64,000 bases of DNA from Chiloscyllium plagiosum (lineage: Eukaryota). This document shows, piece after piece, positions 26,096-38,546 of the stretch (position 1 is the first letter of the stretch; each line of letters starts with the position of its first letter). Both the position numbers and the translations under genes were made by a program. The stretch covers positions 5,428,360 to 5,492,359 of the forward strand of contig NC_057744.1 in assembly GCF_004010195.1 (NCBI RefSeq), given 5' to 3'. Under the pieces are notes generated by a model, which was not told the origin of the DNA, searched no databases, and saw nothing but the letters and a program-made list of their open reading frames with translations.

Positions 26096-26542
26096 CCTAG
26101 TTAGATCGGAACTTGGATTGTATTTGTGATGACTATAACAAAACAATAGCCAGTTGACCCACCCAAGGGTACAGAGAGGATGGATGGTATGAGCTGCCAG
26201 CGGAAGTGGTTGAGATGGGTACATTAACAACATTTGGAAGGTATTTGGATAAATATGTGGATGGAAAAGGTTTAGAAGGATATGGGTCAAGTGCAGGGAA
26301 ATGGAGTTGGAGTGGATGAATATTGTAGTCAGCATGGACCAGTTTGGGCCAAAGGGCCTGTCTCCGTGCTGTATGACTCAATGAGTGATAGTAGTCACTT
26401 GTGGGCAGTCGTAAAGAATAAGTGGGCCACATAGCTCAGGAAGAAGACAAGAATAGGGACAAAAGTGGATAAGTTGGGAACTTGTGTGGAAACTAGGAGC
26501 AAAGTAAAAGACAAATTGTTGAAACAGTATAAGAGTTCTCAC

Positions 26543-26752
26543 CACTGTCATCACAGATGCCCTCTTGGGTCTTAAGTGAAGTGCAGAAACTGTCTGTGGT
26601 GCTCCGATTTGAAGAAATCAGCTTCGAGACACAACACTTGGAGACAGCAGTCATGGGTTCAGCTTCCTCATTCATGCTCAGGAGCTTGGTAATTAGAATC
26701 GATTCAATCAAGCTGATCACAAGAAGGGCCATACAGACAGCAAAGAACACAC
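26543..26752 (-). CDS. HTR3B: 5-HT3B exon 8 (M3, start of intracellular loop), 210 nt
   Basis: GVFFAVCMALLVISLIESILITKLL. Acceptor ttctcag, donor GTGAGA. Confidence 0.92.
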
Positions 26753-27057
26753 CTGAGAATGGGAGATCAAAGGCAGATGTTTGGGTTTAAACAAGTATAG
26801 GAATATACATGCTCATAATTTGGCATTTTTATTTCCTGTTACCTCATGGATATGCAGATGTAGGTTTTAACTTTAAATTCATTTCAGTGACCCTCCTTCC
26901 TGACAGTCAGAAGGAGTTTGGGAGAGACTGCTGTCTGGTGAAGATGAGTCTAGGGAACCGAAGGAGAGATTATAAAGGGAGCAAGGTGGTGGTCAGGTAA
27001 GTATGTGTGGTTACAGCAGAGGAAGATACCACAGTGTCTCCAGGTATGCTTGGACCA

Positions 27058-27256
27058 CAAGGAGGAAGTGAGGACTGCAGACGCTGGAGATCAGAGGTGC
27101 TGGAAAAGCTAAGCCGGTCAAGTAGCACCTGAGGATCAGGAGAGTCGATGTTTTAAGCATAAGCCCTTCATCATTCCTGATAAAGAAGTTATGCTGGAAA
27201 CATTGACTCTCCTACATCTCGAGTGCTGCCTGACTGACTTGTGCTTTTTGACTCTG
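27058..27256. mobile_element. Older family 1 fold-back copy
   Basis: gtgaggactgcagacgctggagatcagag head and degenerate back-to-back hammerheads. Confidence 0.65.
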
Positions 27257-27599
27257 CTGTAAAGAGATTCATATGAAAGATCTACAAAGTTTCTTCCACC
27301 TGTTTTTCCTGAGGCCTACGAGCCTGGGCTATCATCAGCTACAAATTAAAATCACGCAAAAATGGAGTTACACAACCTCCCTTCACTGACTGACCAACAC
27401 CCTAGCAGTCTATGCAGTCCTCAGATTGTGAACGAGTTCTGTTCTGGAGTCTGCTCGCAATTTGATTTGTACGCAAGACAGAATATTATGCAGAACAATG
27501 TAAAGCAGCTGTTTATAAGTACAGGAGATGTTTGTATGTCGGGTCTTCAATATTACTTCCCTGTATGGGATCATATTTGTAAGTATGAGTCCTTACTTA

Positions 27600-28430
27600 T
27601 TCATTCATGGGATGTGGGCATCATTGGCTGGGTTAGCATTTATTGTTCGTCCCTAGTTGTCCTTGAGAATGTGGTGGTGAGCTGCAGTCCAAGTGCTATT
27701 GACTGATTGACCCACAATGCCCTGAGGGAGGAGATTCCAGGGTTTTGACCCAGTGACAGAGGAGGAACGGTGATATATATCTGAGTCAGAATGCTGAGTG
27801 GCTGGAGGGGATACCTGCAGGTGGTGGTGTTCCCATGTATCTGCTGCCTTTGTCCTGCACCCTGGAAGTGGTCATGCGTTTGGAAGGGCTTGTGCAAGGA
27901 TTCTTGGTGAGTGAATCGTATAGGTTGTACACACTACTGGTACTGAGCGTCGGTGGTGGAAGGAGTGGATGCTTGTGGATGTACTACCAATCAAGCGAGC
28001 TGCTTTGTCCAAGATGGTGACAAGGTTCTTGAATGTTGTTGGAGCTGCCTCTATCCAGGCAAGTGGGGAGTATTTCATCTCTCTCTCTCCTGACTTGTGC
28101 TTATAGGTGTTGGACAGGCTTTGGGGAGTCAGGAGGTGAGTTACTCGCCCACAGTATTCCCAGTCTCTGACCTGCTCTTGTAGCCATTGTGTTTACATGG
28201 TGACCCCAGGATGAGCTTCTGGGCAATGGTGACCCTCGGGATGTTGATAAATCAAGGATTCAGTGATGTAACACCATTGAATATCAAGGGGCAGTGGTAA
28301 GATTGTCTTTTTTTGGAGATGGCCATTTTCTTGCATTTGTGTGACACAAATGTTACTTGCCACTTTTCAGCCCAAGCCTGGATATTATCCAGATCTTGTT
28401 GCATTTGAACTTGGGCTGCTTTGGTATCTG
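27600..28430 (-). mobile_element. LINE remnant, same family as 24790-26095
   Basis: Reverse-complement similarity. KYSPLAW..AAPTT..DKAARLIG motif. Confidence 0.78.
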
Positions 28431-28891
28431 AGGAGGGTAGCTACGGGTGGGAAATAATAGATGGCTAGCCAGCGATACTCACATCCCATGTATGAATTAA
28501 GGAAATGGAAATTGGGGAACCCCTGTACTATGGCGACCTGTCTGCCAACTAGGGTTTTCCATTCTCATTTCATCTGAATATTTGGGTTGAATTTGAGGAG
28601 GAATCTGGGAGGTGAAACGCTAAGAGGTGACTTGCTTCCATGTCCCAAAGTCCTTAATGTATCTGAATGTGGATGTAGAGTGCTCCTTTCTAACTGCCTT
28701 TTCATTTTAAAGAATGGCGTGGACTAAGTTAAAAATCACACAACACCAGTGCAACAGGTTTATTTGGAGGCACTAGCTTTCGGAGCACTGTTTCTTCATC
28801 AGGTAGTTGTGTGATTTTTAACTTAGTCCGCCCCAGTCCAACACCGGCTCTTCCAAATCATTAATGTGTGGAAAAGACAAGAGCATATTAC

Positions 28892-29102
28892 CAATGAGGG
28901 GCGTAGACATTGCAGTAGCAGGGAGGTCATCACTCAGGTTCATCCGGAACACCGTGTATCCAAGCAGGATGCTGGATTTGAACGTTATTCGCCCACTGCT
29001 GTTCGGAGGCAGGAAGTAGCTGGTCACGTCTACCAACATCAGAAATATGCTGGGCAGCAGCAGGCTGACCACGTAAAGCAATGGCCTTCGTCTTATTACG
29101 AC
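28892..29102 (-). CDS. HTR3B: 5-HT3B exon 7 (M1, M2), 211 nt
   Basis: VVIRRRPLLYVVSLLLPSIFLMLVD..LPPNSSGRITFKSSILLGYTVFRMNLSDDLP..TPLIG. The M2 GYTVFR motif is B-type. ttgcag / gtaata boundaries. Confidence 0.95.
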
Positions 29103-29837
29103 CTGCAATGCAAAGGGTGCTGAGTAGTTGTAATTTTTGCCACCCTCTTTAACAAAGGGAGGAGGGAAGATTTGCAGAGGTAGCCCCAGGGCCCTGTGGA
29201 AATGACCTCCTGATCCCAACCTGTCATTGCAATTTGGATGAGGGCCCATTCAGTGGATCAAAGAATCAAATTTTCTTCAAAAATACACAGCTATTTGCTT
29301 TTAATTCTGTCACAGAATGCTGGTAAGGCCAGCATTTTATAGCCAGTCCCTAATTGCCTTGAACTCAGCAGTTTGCTCAGCCATTTGAAGGGCAGTTAAG
29401 AGCCAATCACATTACTTCAGTTGCAGTAGGCCAGGCCAGGTAAGGAAGGCAAATGTCCCTTCCCTAAAAGGGGCATGAGTGAACCAAATGGGTGTGTACA
29501 ACAATTATTTAATAGTCACCATTACTGAGACTAGTCAATTCCAGATTTAATTAGTTGAATTTAAGGTCCATGTGCTACCAGGCTGAGATGAGAACCCATG
29601 ACCCAGGTTTGCTAGATTACTAGTCCAGTGGCAACACCATTAAGCCATCATCAACTCCACACTTATCCTCACCTGGATTAATTATTTAACTGGTAAAATA
29701 TTTGGAGACCTTTAGACGTTCTGAAAGAAGACTCAAGCCAGGACTCCATGGAGGCTTCAAGGGGATAAAGGAAAGGGTTCCCTGGGGAAGGTTTGGGAGA
29801 ACATCCTTTCCACTCTAAAGCAGTCCCTAAGTAGGTA

Positions 29838-29980
29838 GGTGTGTGAGCATGTGTGTGTACATGCCTGCAGGTGTGTACGTGCACATGTGTCCACACGCAT
29901 ATCTGTATGTGCGTATGTATACGTGTGTGCATGTCCCTGTGTGTGATAGTACATATGCATATGTGTGTGTCTGTGCATAT
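29838..29980. repeat. Degenerate (GT/AT/GC) alternating purine-pyrimidine microsatellite
   Basis: gtgtgagcatgtgtgtgtacatg..; explains the spurious His/Thr-rich ORFs here. Confidence 0.85.
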
Positions 29981-30279
29981 GGGTTGACTATTGCCCATGT
30001 CTCTCCCTCAGCCATCCACTGTCAGCTCAAAGATGAAAATGAAGTAAAATCCTGTTGGAATGGTATAAATTCTTGTTGTAGTGGCTCAGTTACACCATCT
30101 CATGGCCAAGGACTTCTATAGCTTCCCCGCTCTCCACCCCCCAACTCCCCAGCAACCCCTGTATTAATGGGAGATTTTGAAATTGTTCAAGGTGAATGCA
30201 TTAAGTTCAGAATAATAACTAAGTAGTGTCTCCAGTTTTTCTGCACACAGCGTGACCATGAACGCTCACATTCACTTAC

Positions 30280-30437
30280 ATTAAACTGAATTTGAGCATA
30301 TTCCCTCCCTTCATTATACAACGTCTCATATTTGGATGGTACAGAGAGGAGTTCCCATTCACCGTCATCTACAAACGCACTGGTGTTATTCTCAATCTCT
30401 TCATGGCTTCTCCAAAGCTTGAGATTGATGTCATTTA
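30280..30437 (-). CDS. HTR3B: 5-HT3B exon 6 (loops F and C), 158 nt
   Basis: Hand-translated: NDINLKLWRSHEEIENNTSAFVDDGEWELLSVPSKYETLYNEGREYAQIQFN. EWELLSV and AQIQFN are B-type. ttttgcag / gtaagt boundaries. Confidence 0.93.
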
Positions 30438-30962
30438 CTGCAAAACAAAAGGAGAGAGAGGTGGCAGCTGAGTGAATATCCTATGAGGAAATATTGTCAG
30501 GGCTACAGGGAAGTGGCATCAGACGGATTACTCTTTTAGAGAGCCATTACAGGCGCAATGGGCCGAATGACCTCCGTCTGTACCGTAAACGTTCCGTGAA
30601 TCTATAACTGAACTGAGTTTGCACAGTGACGAGAATGACTGTTGCATAATCTAAGTGTTTTCTTGAGGGAGCAAAATAACCAGAGTCAAGACTTCTAATG
30701 AAAAGAAACCCCTGTGAAGACATTCCTGGACATGAAACCTTTAAAGAAATGGTTTAATGTCTCTTTCTGAGTCAGCAGAGTATCCTATGTTCATTGCTTC
30801 TGGTTGTTGAAAGGAGCAGAAATAAATCCGATATCATTCTTAAGCAATAGGAAGCAGCTGTCTTTCGAAAGATGGTGCTGCAGGATGCAAAACAAAATAC
30901 TCTATGCAACAATTTTTTTTTAAAAATGGTTATTTAATGTGAAGTTGGTCTCTTCCTTATAG

Positions 30963-31016
30963 GAGAAAGTGAGGTCTGCAGACGCTGGAGATCAAAGCTG
31001 AAACTTTATTGCTGGA
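30963..31016 (-). mobile_element. 54-bp Penelope-like family 1 terminus with 15-bp TSD
   Basis: gtctcttccttatag at 30948-30962 and 31017-31031. Confidence 0.75.
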
Positions 31017-31284
31017 GTCTCTTCCTTATAGCATCCCTCTCTCTCTCTTTCTCACTTTCCAATCAGCCTCCCAATCTTTCTCTAATCTTCCCGTCACTCC
31101 CAGGAAAAAAAGGATGCTGGTTCCCAGTGAATACCAGCACCCATTCCCGGTACATGGGTGGCCCTTTCTTCTGGTCCAACTTTTGTCTTACTCCTGTTGG
31201 GACCCCAGCCTCTGCCTGAACTTCCTCATTGGCGGTGTATTTGCTGCTGGTAACTCTCGGCATTTATCGCGAAAGTAAACTTAC

Positions 31285-32712
31285 AGGGTATTGTTGCTGC
31301 AACTGCGCAAAGCATTAGGGAGACTGCATCTGGAATATTGTGGACAGTTCTGACTCACCTTACTTGAAGAGGTGCTTTGGAGTTGCTTTGGAGGCAGGTC
31401 AGAGCAGGTTCACTAGATTGGTTCCAGAGATGGGAGATTTGTCTTATGAAGAGAGATGGAGCAGTTTAGCCCTACACTCTCAGGGGTTTGGAAGAATGAC
31501 AGGAGATCTAATTGAGATACATAAGATGCTGAAGGGAATTAGCAATGTAGATGTAGAGAGGATGTTTTGCCAAATGTGGCAAGCGAGAACGAGGCGTCAT
31601 AGTTTTTTTATTTATTGATTCATTCATGGGATGTGGGTGTTGCTGGCATTTGAAGATCTAGGACCCCTCAAGAGTGGCCTCTTGGTTTGAGATCGGTCAA
31701 AAGAATCGACAAATGCGGTCTATTCAAGTTAGCAAGGGTCATTAGTTTATTGAATTAAGGTACCGTGACGCAATTCTATCCAGCAACACAGAGATTGAAC
31801 CTTCTGTGTTCCTTGGTGAAGTTGTGCAATTATATTTGAAAATTACAAATTATTTATATGTTTCTTTAGTAATAGTACAACCTTAATCACAAGAAAGACC
31901 AATCACATATAATAAGGTGATATGATTTACAGCAAGTTAATCCAATGATGTTTACTGGGAAAGGGTTCTTAATTACAAAAAAGTCCAATCAACTATAATA
32001 TGGTGATATGATTGAAGACAGGCTAATCCAATGGTATTTTCTTTAAGAAGGATATCTGATTTATGTAAATTGTCATGCCATGTATTAGTTGAAGGTTAGT
32101 TCAAATGGTCAATTAATGTGTCAGTATTCATCTTATGAAAACTCTATTGTCCTCTTAGTAGCATTTATTGCAAATCCCTAACTATCAAGTTAAGTATCAA
32201 CCACATAGCTGTGAGTCTGGAGTCATATGTAGGCCAGACCAGGTAAAGATGGCAGTTTCCTTCCCTAAAGGACATTAGTGAACCAGATAATTGCTTTCGT
32301 GGTCATGTTAGACTCTTCATGCCAGATTGTTTTTATTGAATTCAAATTCCACCATCTGTCATGGCAGGATTTGAACTTGGGTCCACAGAACATTACCTGG
32401 GGTCTTTGGATTAACAGTCCAGTGCTAATACAACTAGGCCATCACCTCTCCACAGGCAACTTAAAATTGAGATGAGTGCGAGTTACTTCTCTCAAAGGGT
32501 CGTGAATCGGTGGAACTCACTATCGCAGAGTGTGATGGATAGTGACACACTGAGTAAATTTGAAGGAGGAGAGAGACATATTTTCAACTAATGAGTTGAA
32601 TAGTTATAGAGAACAGGCCGGAGAGTGGAGGTGAAGTGGCGATGAAATCAGCCATGATCGTATTGAATGGCAGAGCAGACTGGAAAGGCTGAGTGGCCTG
32701 CTTCTGTTCTTT
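31285..32712 (+). mobile_element. CR1 3' remnant interrupted by nested insertions (about 31610-32452)
   Basis: RFTRLVPEM..LSYEER..GDLIEI.KMLKG, then resumes near 32455 with FFSQRVVN-type sequence. Confidence 0.7.
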
Positions 32713-32989
32713 GCACACAGAAAGCTGTGATGTCACCGCCCCATGTGCAGATCCTCACTGAGGCCTGTCCTGTGCTGGTCAGCTGACCTCTTGGGGCCCT
32801 ACCTGCCACTTTAGACATTATGAATAATCACTCCGTTCTATATATAGTAGCAATGTTCTCTCATTAAAATCTAGATGGGCTTTTCATCATTCATTTGCCA
32901 CGGAATAGTTGTCCTTTCTCTCAATCATAAAGGTCTGACAGGAATAAGTTGTGGCATTTTTTAAAAAAAGTCTGTATTCCTCATAAGTG

Positions 32990-33362
32990 CTGATAGAAGT
33001 ATATGAAATTATGAGAGGCATGGATAGGGTGGATAGTCAGAGTCTCTTTCCCAGGTTGGAAATGTCAATTATTAGGGGGCACAGGTTTAAGGTGAGAGGG
33101 AGAAATTTTAATGGAAATGTGTGAGGCAGTTTTTTTTAAATGCGGAGGGTGATAGGTGCCTGAAATGTGTTGCCCGAGGAGGTGGTAGAAGCATATAAAT
33201 GTCTACATGTTTAAGGCATATTTTGACAGAAACATGAATATGCAGAGAATAGAGGGTGATGGACCATGTACAGGTAAATGGGATTAGGTCAGAACAGCAT
33301 CATGGTCAGCACAGGCATGGTGGGCCAAATGGCCTGCTCCTGTGCTGTACTATGTTCTATGT
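32990..33362 (+). mobile_element. CR1/HER1 3' end
   Basis: IEVYEIMRGMDRVD coding remnant and tail. Confidence 0.8.
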
Positions 33363-34008
33363 ATTTTAAATCTGGTTATTGATCCACCTGCTAGTGAAAG
33401 CAGTTTCTCCCTGTCGACTCAATCTAAACCCCACATTACTTTCTAAAAAGATGTAGCAATTCCAAATTCAATTTAAAGTCCCGATTGGACTTCGATAGAA
33501 ATCTTTACAACAATGTGACATTGCTGATCCAACTATAGGCTGGTTTGAGGATCTACTATTTGCCTCTGCCCAATGACAATTGATTAAAGGCTTCAAACAA
33601 CTCTGCATTATCAACTTCCAATTTCACACAGTCTTAATTTCTTATTTACTTTTGACCAAAAGGTACACGCTGTTGTTGCTCGGTAAAATAACAAGTCCTT
33701 CAGAAATGGAGGGTTTGGAAAGGTACTGATTAACCACATGCATTTCCTTGAGAGTGTGAGGGAACAAGGCTTGAAGCACAGCTGTGGGAGATTATATGAT
33801 AAAAGAATGCTGAAACTCTGGAATTCCCTTCCAAAACCTCTCCATCTCAGTTCCCACTCTTAAGTTGCACCTTAAAAATTATCTTTGATTGAGTTTCTGG
33901 TCAGCTCAGCATTAAATCTTGTCTGATAATGCTCCTGTCATGTTTAGCTATGTTAAAGACACAATGTAAATGCAAGTTGCTGTTGATTATTTTTTCCTCT
34001 CTGCTCAC

Positions 34009-34178
34009 CTGTATGCAGCCAGCTACAGAATGTGAAGGTGCAGTTCTGTTTGTCAAATGGGAATGCATATATCTCCAGTCTGCAGGCGGAGACGACTTGT
34101 ATTGGTTTGTAGTTCTTAATATGCCCCGAGGAATTCACATACACGTAGGGCATGTAAGGTGATCTTCCCACATCAATA
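34009..34178 (-). CDS. HTR3B: 5-HT3B exon 5 (Cys-loop), 170 nt
   Basis: IDVGRSPYMPYVYVNSSGHIKNYKPIQVVSACRLEIYAFPFDKQNCTFTFCSWLHT, containing the C-x13-C Cys-loop. cacag / gtgag boundaries. Confidence 0.96.
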
Positions 34179-35788
34179 CTGTGTGAGGAAAAGAACAGGA
34201 TTGGGTCAATGCATATCCGGCTTACTAATGAATGCCGACAGAAAATCAGGGTATGAGAAACAGTTACAAATAGAGAAACAACGCATGAAGGTGAAGCAAA
34301 TCAAGAGGCCATAAGAACAACTGTTGAGAAGGAATTAAAAAAAAAATCATTTAGGGGATGTGGTTGACACTGGCCAGGTCAGCAGAGTCACCTCATTGCT
34401 ATGGCCTGGAGTTATGTGTAGACCAGACTGGATGAGGATGATGGTTACTTTCCATAAATGATGTTAATGAACCAAATGGGTTTTATGGTCAGCTTTAGAT
34501 TCTTCATTCCAGATCTTAATTGAATTTGAATTTCACCATTTGCCACGGCAAGATTCCGCAACATTATCTGGGTCTCTGGATTAATAATCTAGCAATAACA
34601 TTATTAGGTCATCCCCTTGAATTGTGATGGATCAAACTTTGCCCTAATGAAGTTTATAATCTGTCACTCAAAATGTAAGTGGCAGGCACAATAAACGTAG
34701 AGATAGTAAGCAAGGATCCTAGTGTATTGATGATTGACAATTAGGAAAACTATATTTTTGGCTCAGTGGTTGAAGCTCTTAATGATGAGTCAGAGGTTGA
34801 GGGTTCAAGTCCTCTTCCCGGAACCTGAGTAAAATATTGAAGTTGACTTCAATGTTTTACTGAAGGAATGGTGCTCTCTTAAGTAGAGGGGAAAGATCCA
34901 ACAGTACTTCTTGAAATAGTCACATGCGTTCTCCCTGGTGTCCTGGTCAATAGTTACCATGCAACTGGCATCAGAAGGATAGTTTGTCTGGTCATTATCA
35001 CGGTACCATTTGTGGGACCTTGCTACTTATCATTCAAATGCTGAGGGAGGTCTTGTGGCACCATGGTAGTTCTCTGCCTTGTAGACAGATACACTGTGGG
35101 TTCCAACCCCACTCCAGGATGTGATCGCTGCAGAAGGTGTTTAATAACATGACAAAACAGGTTGACCATGAGCTTGGTAAATCCTTCTGTTTCCTGGCAA
35201 CTCAGAACTGTACAGGTGCAGCAGCCTCCCTGTGGTAAAAAGATTCATGGAGTCCTGAAGGTCTACAGCACCAAAAAAAAAGCCCTTTAAGCACATTGAA
35301 TCTGTGCTGGTCAAAAACAGTCCCTAACTAATTCTAATCCCATTTCTCAGGACTTGGCCCCCAACCTTATATGCCTTGGTACTTTAACAGCACGTCTAAA
35401 TACATGTTAAATGTGGGGAGGGTTTATGCCTCCACCACCCTTACAGTCAGTGAGTTCCAGATTCCCACTATGCTCTGGTTGAAAAACCTTTTCCTCTCAT
35501 CTCCTCTAAACTCTCATGAATGCTCCTGCTACAGGCCGTACTTTGTGGAAAGGGTCTGCCTCTCTTCATGCAGCTGCTGGTGTCAGATCCTGCCTGAGGT
35601 TCCTACTTTACAACACTGACCGTGCATTAAAGCTGACCACCAAGTGCGTTGGGATGTCGTGAAAGGTACTATGTAATTACACATCTTCCTTTTTGATTAA
35701 CTTGTTCAAAAGAAAAAAAAGCGCTATTCAATAATAAATAATTAGGGATGAACTTCTTATCTGTTATGCATTATAAACTGTTACTCAC

Positions 35789-35898
35789 AATTCCTGGATT
35801 AATACATCAGGGATCCAAATAGATTCAATGGGCAGAGAGATTTCATTGATGCCATCAAAACTTGTAGGATTCCACTTGAGGAACTCATCCATCCATAT
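35789..35898 (-). CDS. HTR3B: 5-HT3B exon 4 (loop A), 110 nt
   Basis: IWMDEFLKWNPTSFDGINEISLPIESIWIPDVLIQE, with the WxPD motif. caacag / gtgagt boundaries. Confidence 0.94.
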
Positions 35899-36209
35899 CT
35901 GTTGCAAAAATCAAGGAACCCATGTGAGGAAGCTATGAAATCTTTCTTTACAATAAACTAATGAAGAGCAGAAACTGCAGGGCATTGTGTTGGAGATATC
36001 AATAGCCCCATGTGTTAGTCTGGATTTCAAAGGATTCCAATGCAATTCCTGGCTCATGTTCTCTATTATTTCATCTTTCAGGGCATAGGGTGACAATTGA
36101 CCTTGAGTTCGTGATCTTGATCACCATACACTGAAAATTCTGTGGCTCAGAGACCTCAGCACATGTAGATTGTCACTAAGGTTCAGTACTGAAGGAACCC
36201 TGCACCATT

Positions 36210-37225
36210 CATAGATTCAGGCAGTACAGAAAAGGCCCTTTGGCCCATTGAGTCGACCACAAAAGTGTGTTAATCCCAATTTCCTGTACTTGTCTCATAT
36301 TCTTGAATGCTATGATATCTGAAGTGCTCATCCAAATTTTTTTTTTTAAAGTTTGTAAGGTTTTCAACCACCACTACCTTCCCAGGCAATGCATTCCAGA
36401 TGCCCACCTAAAAGGCTTTTTCCCAAATCTCCCAAGTCCCTTATCCTAAACTATGCCCTCTTGTGATTGACCCCTCCACCAAGGAGAACAGCTACTCACT
36501 TCTCATCCTAACCATACCCCTCATAATATTATACACCTCAATCATGCCCCCCCTTCAGTCCTCTTTGCTCTAAGGAAAACAATACAAACCCATCTAGTCT
36601 CGCCTTCTTGCTCAATTTCTCCTTCTCAGGCAACATTCTGGTGAACCTCCTCTCTACCCCTTCTGATGCTTTCACATCCTTGCTGTCATAAGGTGACCAG
36701 AACTGCACACAGTACTCCAGCTGTGCCCAAACCAATACTCTGTACAACTCCAACATTACCTCTTTGCTCTTATATTCTATGCCACAACCATTAAAAGTAA
36801 GTGTCCCATATGCTTTCATAACTATTCTATTCATGTGCTCTGCCAACTTCAGGAATCTGTGAATAATTACCTCAAGACCCCTCTGTTCCTCTGAGTTACC
36901 CAGTGTCCTGCCATTCGTTAAGTACTCCCTTATCTTGTTTCTTCTTCCACAGTGCATCACTTCACACTTATCAGGTTTAAATATCATCTGCTACATCTTC
37001 TTCACTATTAATCATTCTACCAATCTTGGTGTCATCTGAAAATCTGCTTAACATCCACCCCACATTTTCATCGATATCATATTTGTAAAAAAAAAATAAG
37101 GGTCCCAGGGCTTATCCTTGTGGTACACTACTGAACATTGGCTTCTACCACTAACCTTTTGTCCGATTATTAAGCCAGTTTCTGATCAATCTTGCCAAGT
37201 TTCCCTCAATTCCATGTGCTTTAAC
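36210..37225 (-). mobile_element. CR1-like LINE remnant
   Basis: [28 protein letters not shown]. Confidence 0.88.
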
Positions 37226-38196
37226 TTTCACATTGGAGACATTGTCTTATGGATGGAATGTTAACTTGAGGTCTTGTCTGCCCTCTCAGATCCAGGCACA
37301 TTTTTTCAAAGAAGTTGAGCTGTTTACTTTCCCCTGACTAATGTTTATCATTCTACCAATGTCACAAAAACAGATTATCTGGTCATTATCACATTCTTAT
37401 TTGTCAGAGCTATCTCTATGCAAATCAGCAGCCATGTTTCCTACTTAATATTAATAGCTGCACTTCAATTTGGACTGTAAGATACTTTGAGACATCCCGA
37501 GACTCTGAAAGACTTTGTACAACTCAAATCTATCCCACTATCATGTAGTAATGTTATATTTGAGGAGGAGAAGTGGTTAGGAAAAAGAGATATAAATGAG
37601 AAATCATGAAGATGCCGAGTGTCCATAATACTATGGTTTTGAGGGCCTAATATTATTGACCAGACTGGAGACTTGAGGCTTATTTGTGTGCAATGCACAC
37701 ATTTTGTTCCTGATATTGACGATCCAGTTTAGGACTGTTTATTAAAGATGTAACCTAAATGAAAATGAGGCAGAAACACATAATTGCAACATAGGATAGC
37801 TGAACAGTGCTACTGACACCCACTGTTCATTAGCAATGGATTCCAGTGCACAAGGAGAGAGGAGTGGGTACTCAGTTTTATAATTAGCATCTGTCCGCTG
37901 AGAAGCCCTCTCCTTTGAACAGTCAGCCCTAAGAATTTGCTTGTCAGCTCACATCCATTTCTTTGCAGGACCTTTTGTTTCTTAAAGATGAAATCGGAAA
38001 TATCGGGAGCTTTACTGAGAGAAAGTAATCCTATCATTAATGCTGGCATCTGTCATTCTCAGCCCTCTGCTGCTCCAGGAATATAAAGCTTCAAGCATGA
38101 GGAGCACTGCAGGAACATTTAGCTTATTACATTATGTATTTTATGGGTCTGATAGAGATCTCTCGATTCATATTGAATGCCTGATGCTGTACATAC

Positions 38197-38241
38197 CTGC
38201 TGGTACCAGATATTTGTCCTCAGCTTTTGGTTCTGGCCATC
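38197..38241 (-). CDS. HTR3B: 5-HT3B exon 3 (loop D), 45 nt
   Basis: DGQNQKLRTNIWYQQ. aatag / gtatgt boundaries, phase 0-0, typical 45-nt exon of this family. Confidence 0.92.
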
Positions 38242-38384
38242 CTATTTGAAATAGCAAATAAACAGGTTTTTGTTAAGAGCAGAGAAATTTATTCAGATCA
38301 ATATTTCTGCATATGTTTAATGAGATTCTGTGAGAAAATCAATCAATTTTTTTTTAACCTTACCAGTCAAAATCCAATAACAGT

Positions 38385-38546
38385 CCAAAAAAATGTGCAG
38401 GTTAGGTGAATTGGCCATGCTAAATTGTCCGTAGTGTTAGGTGTAGGGGAATGGGTCTGGGTGGGTTGCTCTTTGGAGGGTCAGTGTGGACTTGTTGGGC
38501 TGAAGGGCCTGTTTCCACACTGTAAGTAATCTAACCTAATCTAACC
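38385..38546 (+). mobile_element. HE1-like SINE, 3' half
   Basis: Nearly identical to the 3' half of the 1273-1572 copy. Confidence 0.85.

Noticed and set aside
29678-30121. Overlapping His/Thr/Cys-rich ORFs
   Set aside because: Translations of a GT/CA microsatellite.
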